Source: Chromatiales bacterium
GTDB lineage: Bacteria; Pseudomonadota; Gammaproteobacteria; SZUA-140
DNA length: 44,471 nt
Assembly: GCA_011053135.1 (NCBI GenBank)
Contig: DRLG01000303.1
Span: 1 to 44,471 of the forward strand
Direction: 5' to 3'
This document shows positions 1 to 10,100 of this stretch, in pieces. A program made the position numbers and the translations under genes. The notes beneath the pieces were generated by a model. That model saw only the letters and a list, made by a program, of their open reading frames with translations, made no database searches and was not told the DNA's origin. Within the stretch, counting starts at the first letter, position 1; every line of letters begins with the position of its first letter.

Positions 1-32
1 ACACCATGAAAACGCAACCGCGAATTCAACAC

Positions 33-119
33 GCCGAGGTGGTGAAATTGGTAGACACGCTAGCTTCAGGTGCTAGTGGGGGCAACCCCGTGGAGGTTCA
101 AGTCCTCTCCTCGGCACCA
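33..119 (+). tRNA. tRNA-Leu (anticodon CAG), class II with long variable arm, CCA encoded
   Basis: Hand-folded cloverleaf. Acceptor GCCGAGG pairs with CCTCGGC. Anticodon stem CTAGC/GCTAG surrounds loop TTCAGGT (anticodon CAG). Variable arm is TGGGGGCAACCCCGT. T-arm is GGAGG-TTCAAGT-CCTCT, followed by discriminator A and CCA. Length 87 nt. Confidence 0.9.
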
Positions 120-903
120 TTTTTCCAGACCACACCAGACAATCACAAGCCACATATTCCACTGTTTTTTAACAGTTTCATGCCACACCAAACACACTCT
201 ATATTGCCTGGCGTTGTCCACGGCCGCCTCGTCTGTGGTTCGTGAGTGGAGTACGAAAATACCCCCTAAAACTCTTCAAAAGATCGGATAGATCACCACT
301 ATTTACGCCTGTTTAAACCGCAAAAAATACTGACCTTATGCATCAGCTTCACTATTTGGAGCATTATGATGAAGAGTCAACACTACTAAATAGCGAAGTC
401 TTTGAGCTTTGATGCGAGATATAGCGAGCGTGCTGGTGGGGGCTTATCTCAGACTTCACGTGCTGTGACTCGCTAATCCCACCAGCCTACCGCCGATGCC
501 GTTGACGGGTTCAGATTCGAGATCTGATAGCCCTTAGGAGGCGGAGCTTATACTTTGAGGCCTGGACAATCCAAAGACTTACTTGTTTCAATTGCAGTTC
601 ATTGCGAAAGAATTACGGACACCAAGAATACTACCTTGAAGACCTACTCACACACTGTTCTACTATCGTTCCGTTCTGTGCATCTTCATGTTTTCAGTAT
701 CACCCCACTCCTACACTCGGTCAGACAGGGACACGCGTTGCCGCTTAGTTGTTCCCATCCGTCATCGGGCCGCTAGGCGTTAACACCGCAGTAGTGCTCT
801 ATAACAGCTTCAAATTAACACCAATGAAGCGTGACGACAACTAAAAATGGATAGTGTCAATTCGAATATCTCATCTGGCAATACAAATGATTTAAAATGC
901 CTG

Positions 904-1191
904 TTAGCTGATCAAAACAAGTCGTTTATGCTGCTCAAGAAAACGGTCTCGCTCTGTCTGATCGATAAGCGCATCAGTTTTGTCAGGGATGATGGTTCTT
1001 GAAATCTGGATGCCAACATTACAGGTTTTGCACCAGACGATTTTCCAGCCGAACTCAGAATCTTCAAAACCGAAGTACTGATAATCGAGTCCTGTTGCCC
1101 CACAACAGAGACATGTGCACGTTGCCAGGTCATCATCATTAATCGGCAGGTGCTTTATCCAGTCAAGATAACTGTGCGTTGTCACATTCAT
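904..1191 (-). CDS. Small Cys-rich (zinc-ribbon-like) protein; candidate immunity or accessory partner of the upstream giant toxin
   Basis: 95-aa ORF. Its ATG (1191-1189) overlaps the TGA (1190-1188) of the 3199-aa gene as ATGA, indicating translational coupling. Cys clusters CTCLCCG and WCKTCN lie about 24 residues apart. No family recognised. Confidence 0.55.
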   Translation of the reverse strand: MNVTTHSYLDWIKHLPINDDDLATCTCLCCGATGLDYQYFGFEDSEFGWKIVWCKTCNVGIQISRTIIPDKTDALIDQTERDRFLEQHKRLVLIS

Positions 1192-4100
1192 TCAAATCTC
1201 ATCAGGCGCCCGGACCTATTCTGTAAATAGTATTTCCAGAAACTCTCTTCAATACCGTGGGCAGCAATTTCATTTAAATTCAACTGTTCGATCATTCTAT
1301 CACCGTACGTATTGGGGTGACCGAAAATTTCGATCTGCATCACATGAGTGCGTTCATGGCCCAGTGTCTTAATGAGATCCTCCAGGTTGGTAAAGGCATC
1401 GGGATAGAGATCAATCATGCCATTTGGGTGAGTGTAACCAAAGATATTTTTACCAAGCAGTTCGGGATCTCTTACGATTCTAACTTTTAATCCTTCCAGC
1501 CCTATACCACCTTCAAGCGCAGCACGTAAGACAAAGCGTTTCTGCATCGGCACTTTTAGTTCCGTATAGATGCCAGTATTGGCTTCACGCCTGAACAATC
1601 CGGTTGTAGTACTATCAACGATAATACTTGCTACGCTTTCCATCAATGTCTTTAAATTTTTCGCCTCAATCGGATGAGAGATACGCGACCCTTCAATTAA
1701 CAGATCGGCTATTTCATTGTCACTCAGTTTTAGTCTTCTTGCGTGCGTAATCAGATCAATGGTTTCGGCCTGATCATATTGAAGTCGATAGTGTGCTTTA
1801 TCCAGCGATGAAATTTGACCCTGAATATCCTGTGCAAGATCGGTGGTCGTGGTCTTGATCACTGAATGACGGTTCAGATCGTTCAGATCGTAACGGAAAT
1901 TACTTTTATCTGCACCCGTCGCAGCGCTAATGTCGCCAGCTGTACCACTACGGTCTTTAGCCTGTATCACAACACCAGCCACGGGTGGATGACCATTTTG
2001 AAGCGCATCAATGATCATAGTGCCGATACCGGTATCATCCCCTCGCATGATCATTTGTGCTGCGGTTCTTGCCACCCATTCCGCGCTCATCTGCGCACCC
2101 TTGGTACGCGTTTTCTGCGTGGTGGCACCTGGCCCTTTCGCTTCGACAATCATGATTTCAGAAACCTTACCGTCAGGCCCGAAACGCACCCACACCTGGT
2201 CAAAGCCAATGCCCTGCTCGAAACCACTATGCAGGTAAAACCCCTTGAAACGCTCATCGCTATTCATGGCACGCGTGGCGGCAATCTCCCCAACGGTTTC
2301 GGTGACTTTCTGACGCAGGCCACTGGTCATTTCATTAATCAATGCCTTGCGCGCCGCCGCGTCGCTGGGATACCTTGCGTGTGCAAGCTGTTCTGCGGCA
2401 TCGATCATACGCTGATATTCAATCCGTTGACGTACTAAGTTTTCCAGATGCACTTCTGGTGTTTCACGACCCATTGCGGCACGATTTTCTGCGAGGATTG
2501 AATCAAAATCTTTTTCACGCTGAGCGATGGCCTCTTCACTGAACCCCAGCCGCGCCATCTCTCTTTTAACTTCCTCATTGAACTTAGGCCTGCCATCTAC
2601 CTCGACGATTTTTTGCCGCATTTCCTGCATGATGTGGCGCAGAGTATCGAGGCTGTTAACGCCTGTGCCTCTACGCAGCCCGCTCTTGATGATATCACCA
2701 AGTAAATACCGGGCTTCATCGCCGTGGTTTCTACCACTTTCTTTGACTCTGGCAGAAAACCAGTCAGTGCCGGTGATGTAAGTAAACCACGGTTCAAGGT
2801 CGGCCAGTGCGGCGGTCTGTTTCTCGCGCATCTCATCAGTGGCCGTCCTGAGTGTATCCTTCGTGACATCTTTAAGCATTGTGGCAAAGTCACTATATTT
2901 TTCCCTGAAATCTGGCCATTCTTTGAGTTTATCGCGCAAGTGAAGTTGAAAAGCATCCCCACCGGTAAGCGAACCGCCCTCACTAAGCGATGCAGTAAAA
3001 CGTTCAAGTGCATCTGCTGCCGATTTACTCTTTTCCAGTAATCGGGAAGCCGCGCGAATATCCAGTGCGTGTGCCAGTGAATCCTTACCGCTAATCAGGC
3101 CATCGACAATATGATTAACTACCTTGCGATGTGCAGCCGAACTGGGCAGTTCTGCCAGTGCAGAGAGTAAATTGTGCGTGCGATTGAAGAGGTCAACACG
3201 TTGATCTACATCTCCACTACTGGCGATACGAATAAGACCCGCGATGGCTGCGAAACTATCGCTGTTATCGAGCTTAAGAGCATCAAAGGTAGAACGCATT
3301 TCACCCATCAGGTTAATCAGTGATTGCCGCCCTTCGCTGCCGATACTATCCATCAGGCGCGCGAAATCACTAGCCTGTTCTGCTCCAGCCCTCTCGAGTA
3401 GTTGATTGATGCCAGTGGCTACATCGAGGTGATGGCCTCTCAGGGTGAGCACCGCTGCAACGAATTGTGCGGCACTGGTCACATCGGGTGCGCTGCGTAC
3501 AGTGACACCCAGTAGCGAGATGAGTTCGGTGAAATCACGTCTGGCGACCAACTCACCCAGTCGTTGAGTACGCTGATCTGCTGGCAGCACATCAGCCACT
3601 TGATTGAGCTGATCGATCATGCCCGCAACCCCTTCCGCCGTATCATGGCTACGCAACACCTTGCGCATATCGGCAGGTGACAACTCAAGTGATGCCAGAC
3701 GATTGAGCTGTTCCACATCGATACTATCGATGAGTTTACGAGTTGCGGTGGCTTGCGTGCCGCCTGGGGTTAAATCACTCACCATTTCAGCGAGCAACTC
3801 CTCGCGGGTTTTCTGCACAGGTGGTGGCCCGGTGGCTGGCTCGCCTTTACTAAACAGCCGCGCCGGTTGATCCAGCCACTGTGGCCGCGCCAACAGGCCT
3901 GCTTCGATCTGCAGACGCTGCATCGGCCCAATTGATGCCACCTCGGCATGCCGACGTTGCAGATTGCTCAGGGTGGCCTGCGCGAGCGCTAACTCACTAC
4001 GCAGTTGCGCCTGTTCCGCCGGGTCGCTACTGCGACGCAACTGTTCGGCGAGCCCGTCTATCATACGATCATGGGCATCGATTTCGATATCGATCTTATT

Positions 4101-7100
4101 TCGGTACAGCGCCATCTGCTGTGCGAGAGGTAGCTCATCCCAGCGCTGTAAATCGCTTTCACGGAGTGCGCCGAGGCGCTCGCTCCAGCGAGGGTCTTTG
4201 CTCTGCAGGGCGTGAATCCCTTCCTCACGTAACACACGCGGACTAGCCCCTTCACGCATCACAATGACCGGTTCACCCTGCAGGATTAATGTCACCGCAT
4301 TGCCACTGGACGAGCGGGTAAAAGCTTCAAAGTCACCGGGGCGCATCACCAGTATTGGCACGTCTGAAAGTTGGGCGCGTTGCTCAGCAGGCACTGCCGC
4401 AAGCATCTCACGACGCATCTGTGCCGATTCATCATCTGTGGGACGAATCGGCGCACCCTGCTGTACCGCTTCATCAATGGCGCGACAAAACGTATCAAGA
4501 TCAAGGTCGGGGTTCTCACGCAGCGCTGCCTCTTCCAGCCGCACGCGTTCACCGGGCGAGATGGTTCCTTCCATCTGACGCAGATGCAGATCGACCAATG
4601 AAGCCTCCGGCAACACCGACAGTGTACCGCGCAGATGCTCCGGCACATTACTCATCTGCTGCTGACGTTTATGCCGCGCCTGATCTCGCGCCACTGCATG
4701 TTCCGTTTTTACTTTAGCCACTGCGGAGGCGAGCATGCCATCAAACTGGGCACGTGTGAGTTCCGGGTTACGTTGCTGCGCTTCGCGGAACAGTGCCTCC
4801 TGCTCATGTGCAGTGCCCATTGATTCCCGGTCGAGTAGCTTCTTTATCTGCTTGAGCGATTCAGCAGGTAGACCGGCAAAGACCTTACGACCATCTGGCG
4901 ACAGTGCCGCCATCACTTCACTATGGCGCTGTTGCGTCTGAATCTTTTTAAGTGCCTGGGCCTGATGAGAGGTTGCCGTTGCATCGGCCAGGCTGCGTAA
5001 AAAGGCGAATTCGCTAAGCTCCGGTTTCTCAAGTCTGGCCTGACGGAACAGTGCATCAGCCGTAGCGGAGTCAAACTCACCTCGCGCAATCATTTCACTG
5101 GCGCGACGTAGATCGGCTTCGGTCAGATATTCCATCCCTTCAATACGGACGTCATCCATGACATTACGTAATTCAGGATCCATTCCGGCAGCGAGCTGCT
5201 GGCGAATGCGCGCCTGTTGCGCCGTGTCGGGCGCATCGGCTTCATCGGCAGGATGTAAACTGGCAATCGCCGCTTCCATTTCACGCATCAGTGCGCGGCC
5301 ATCCAGGTCGGGCACGCTATCGTTCAGGTCACGCAGGAATTTACTACGATCGCCCTGGCTGCCCAGGTCACCGGCATCGATCATGCTTACTATATTTCGT
5401 AGCGTGTTGAGGTCATAACTCGACGCCTGCTCACGCAGACCTTGTGGCAGGCGGACGAGTAGTTCACGGCCAGCATCGATCTCGGCGCGAATTTTCTCTG
5501 GCCCATCATCATAGTTCATCACACCGGCCGAGATCGCAGCAAGACGCAGTGCGCGCTGGTCTGACGGACTCATCGGTTCACCGCTACGGGCAACGTCTAA
5601 CAACTGTCGGTAACGCGCCTTATTCTGGCTGGTGGCCCCTGCGCGCAGTGTGCCGGAGACCATATCGCGCAGCCCCGCCTGTCCGATCTGTTTCAATGCG
5701 TCGCCAAATTTTCCTTCAAACTTTCCGGTGGCGTAGTCGGTGATGACACCCGCGGTTTCACCGACGGCTGAACCGAACAGTTCAGCGATACTTTCCTGAA
5801 AGATTTCACTACCGTTGGGGCCGAGCGCGCTGCCGAGTTTCTGCATGCGGCTGAAGTCGCTCGGACCGAGATCACCGGGGCTCATCGAACGGCCAAGCTT
5901 GCTGGTGAGTCCTTCGGATACGCCCGCCGTTACGGCTGCTACCGCCGCACCTTTCACCGCTCCATTGAGCACCCGTTCGAGGCCACGATCCAGCCCGTCC
6001 TGCCACACTTCATCCTGCAGTGCGATCTGAGCACCGCTGCTAATTGCACTCACGAAGGCTTCACGCGCCACCGCTGAACCGATCGAACCGAGGCTCCCTT
6101 TTAATGCCTCGCCAATCCCCGCGAGTGCGCCTGACTTACCCAGTCCGCCACCCAATGCGCCCCCGAATCCTGCTGTAGCCGCTTCAATCGCAGTCGTTGC
6201 AACATCGGTGGCCGCCTCTTCCCAGCCGTAACGTTCACCACGCATCCCCGCCTTCACTGCAATGGTGGCGGCTCCGGCGATTACAGCGGTAATAATCCCG
6301 GCCGCGACGATATTGACACCGGGAATCAACATCAATGCCACCGAAGCCACCAGTGCCAGTACGGTAATACCGGTGGTAAGCATTTTTTCCTGGCGGTCGA
6401 TTTCATTACGATAGGATTCGGCAGCGAGGCTGACGCTCTGGGTGTAGTGCTGAAGCTGCGACGTATTACCTAAAAAGCTACCATCTGTACTAAAGGCCAG
6501 TGCCTGAACGACAGGGTCGATAGAGCCGTCAGGGTTAAAAATAGCACCGGGGTTTCGCTCATATGCAGCAATAGCATCGGGGTTTCCCTGACGCGCCGCT
6601 TCGGCGCGGGCGGCATCAAGAATGGTCTGTGCCAGACGATCTCGTCGGCCATCCAGGTTCTGTTGCTCTGGCGTACCGCGCATACTGCTACGCGCGAGGA
6701 AACCAGCACCACGCACCCGCTCCTGGTTGTAATGCAAACCGGCATACTGCACATGGTCAAGATCTGTTTCGCGGTTACCGCGGGAAAGGCGCTCCAGTTC
6801 AAAAGCCAGATCGCCCGATACCTCCGGGGAACGTGTCGCAAACCAGGCGAGAGGACTGAGCGCCATTAGCCCATAATCGCTGGCACCCCAACTGCGGCGC
6901 TGAATCCCCAGCATCTCCTCCATGTTTTCACCGCCATTTTCCACTGCCCACTGTGCATTGGCGGCATCAATCTCCGCACGCGAGCGATCGCCATAGGCGC
7001 GACGCAACAAAGCCTCATGGGTGCCGGCACCTTCGGTAGCGAGTTGCACGCTCGCCACCAGACTGGCGCGACCACTGGTGATCATCTCCTGACCATAACG

Positions 7101-10100
7101 TGCATGGCTTGGGCGATTCCCCACATAATCATCTTCCCGCGCGAACAGACCACCAACCTGGTCAGCCATCCAGCGCTCCGCCGCAGCGGGATCGGGATCA
7201 TTCGCTATCTCCTTCGGCGCACCCAGACGTCGCGCCATCATCTGCATACGCACACGATGCTTGCCACGTTCCTCGTCTAAAAGGCGCTGATAACGCGAGC
7301 GTTCCCGAGGGTTTCGCGCTTCGCGTACCTGACGCTCAAGCGTCGCGAGCTGTCGATTTTCAAACGCATCACTGAGACGGGTTTGCGAGGTTTCCGAAAG
7401 GTCATCAAAAATCCCGAGGGTGCTGTCACCCTGTGCACGACGGAATTCAAATACACCACGCGAGGCGCGTGCTTCATTGCTTTCAGGGCCATACCTGACA
7501 AGGTCTCTAATGTACTGGCTGGCATCATCAGACATCTCAACCCGTTCGATACGTGCACTGCCCCACCCCTGTATGGCGGATAGATGTGGCGATGTCGCAT
7601 AGCGCGTCATCGCGGCCTGTGCATCCTCGGGCGAAAATGCACTCGCCGCACGACGGCGCGGATCGGTTAACGAGGCAAACTCACTCTGCACCCGCTGGGT
7701 GCTGCGGTCGATCACCTCGCGCGGGAGATAAGCCGATTCAACCGCTAGTTCCTGCTGCAACACGCCGCGCATATTCGCCATCACAGTAACGCGGGCTTCG
7801 TCCGAACGGCGCTGGGCAGACTGAGCACTGAAGATCCAGCCCCACTCACCCTGACCGCGAGCCTTATCGAGCGATTCACGAGTGCGTGCAGCGACGGCAC
7901 GTTCACGGTTACGATCCAGGTATGCAGTCGCAATCGCGCCCTGATGTTCGTTTAATCCGCTGATCAGATTGGTGCGTGTAGTTTCAATAAGCCGAGGATT
8001 AAAAGCTGCAACGGCATCACGTTCGGCCTGGCTTAGTCCCTGCAGTGCGGATTCACGTGCGGCGCGATTATAATCGAACCATCCAGTGGAGTAATTGGCT
8101 ATTGACATACGGGCATAGCCACGCACCCGCGCACTGGTACTCAGTAGATTCAGCGCATGCCATTTTTCCGGGCTACCCAGTTCTGAGCGAATCCGTGGGC
8201 GCAGCAGACTGGGACTGGGGTAGATTGTGTTGAACACATCTTCCAGTCCAAGCACCCCAGGCCACATCAGGTTACCCAGTTTCTCGATAACGACATTTTC
8301 ATCGCCATCGCTACAATAGAGATAGACGCCGGCCGCAATCGGACTTAACAGTGCAAGCCCGCCGGCAGTAGCCAGTGATTGCCCCGGCATCGCATTGTCG
8401 ATCGCCGAAGCGCGGCGTTCGAGATCTGCACGGCTATCCATCATCGGTTTGGTCAGCGAACCTTTGTCACCGACTTTTTCCATCTCTTTGACAAAATTTT
8501 CCAGCGCGCCATACTGGCTTTGTGCGGCAGCGCTGATTGCACCATTTAAAAAACCGACCGCGATCGCATCGACCTGTTGTAGCCCTTCATCGTCCAGTTT
8601 ATCTCTAGACTCGATAATCCCCTCCGCCATTCTTGTCGCGTATTCCTGCGCTGCGGTAATCCCCTGGATGGCACCTGCACTCATTTCGCCGGTCATCTGC
8701 GAGGAGAACATCGACATATCGAAGCTGGTGCGTGTGACCACATCCTCCATACTGTTGACGCTGTCGCGCCCGGCCTTACTAATGGAGTTGATCTGATCGC
8801 GTTTGATCTTATCCATTTTTTCCAGCGTCATATCGGCCTGCTGCTGCGCCGCTTTTTCATGCTGCTGTTGCAGTTTAAAGGCGCTATCGCGTGCGACGAT
8901 CAGTTTGGGAAGGAGATTACGGGAGTCAAGAAATTGTTCTGCTGGCAGCAGCGCATCCAGACGGCGTACCAGGTCACGATAGGCTTCGGCCATTTGTGCT
9001 GCGGAATTGTTTAACGCGGTTTCCGCCGAACTCGCCTGCGACCGTAACCCCTGTGCGGTCTTATTGCCACTCTTGCGAATATTTTTAGTGAGGGTATTGC
9101 GCATATCAAGGTCGGCGTACTCTTTCGCCAGCTTACCCTTGTTCTGAATTATGCGACGTGCACTACGCACCGCCGCCTCTGTTTCTGTCAGCTGTTGGTC
9201 GCTTTTATTGCTGACCTCATCAACTGACTGACTCTCATCCTGTTCATGATGTTGCGATACCGGTGTCGTTAATGACAGCACCAGTGTTGTAAACTGGGCC
9301 TTGTTTGCATCTGAAGAAAGGCGCGTGGCATGTTCACCCGCATTTGTGACGAGTCTTGTCTGCTCCTGTCCAGCCATTCCCTCCAGCACGGGTGAAGCAC
9401 GTGACAGGAGATAGGTTTTAACATTACTGCTTTTCTCGGAAATAATCCCCGACTGTATATCCATAAAGTGGGTTAATCTCTTCTCGGCTTTCGACATTAC
9501 ACGATAGGATGGAGTCGACTCCTGGTTGCCACTCTGTGCAGCTGCGCCACTCTCGCCTCCACCAGCAGGCTGCTCACTGTTCTGGTTGCCACCGCCGGCT
9601 GTGCTCTGAGGGTTAGGGGGCTGAGGTAACTGCGCAGCAATGCCGGATGTAGGGATATCATTAATATAGCCAGCCGCCTGCGGGATTTTTTCATTAAAGC
9701 GCGCCTCTGCTATTTCGGCTGCCTGTCGAATCTCCTCTGACCCTTCCATGAGATTCGCGGTGATCTCCAGCATAATGCGATCACGGCTTGCCTGCAGTTC
9801 TTCGCCAGTTTTTATATTTTGTTCGGTAATGTGCGCCTGCTCTTTGGCCAATGAAAGGTCGATATCGCGCATCGATTGATCCACTGCATCATTAATCTGT
9901 TTAACCGCTGCTGCTGTGACACCCTGTACTTCGACCGCCATCTCCTCGATCGAAATCCGTGTGTTCATACCGAGGTTACCGATATTAAAAAGCATGCGGC
10001 GTTGAGCATCGCGCGCCGCCTGCGCAGTGCGCTGCGCACTCTGTCGCACCAGTGCATGGTGATATTCCGGTGGTGATCCGGTGCGCTTGAGAATTTCATC

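Noticed and set aside
6-291. Plus-strand ORFs 6-245 and 70-291 from the ORF track
   Set aside because: They run straight through the tRNA-Leu gene (33-119) and have no RBS or recognisable protein features. They are artefacts of the tRNA region.
1872-1889. 9-bp tandem repeat GTTCAGATC x2 inside the toxin gene
   Set aside because: It is in frame (encodes DLNDLN), tiny and without obvious consequence. It is noted only as a trivial slippage footprint.
6780-7031. Annexin-like repeat in the giant protein (EGAGTHEALLRRAYGDRSRAEI ... SGDLAFELERL)
   Set aside because: The GxGT[DH]E start and SGD-type end look annexin-like. However, they are 71 residues apart where I expect roughly 45-50, and I could find only one copy. 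This is too weak without an HMM search.
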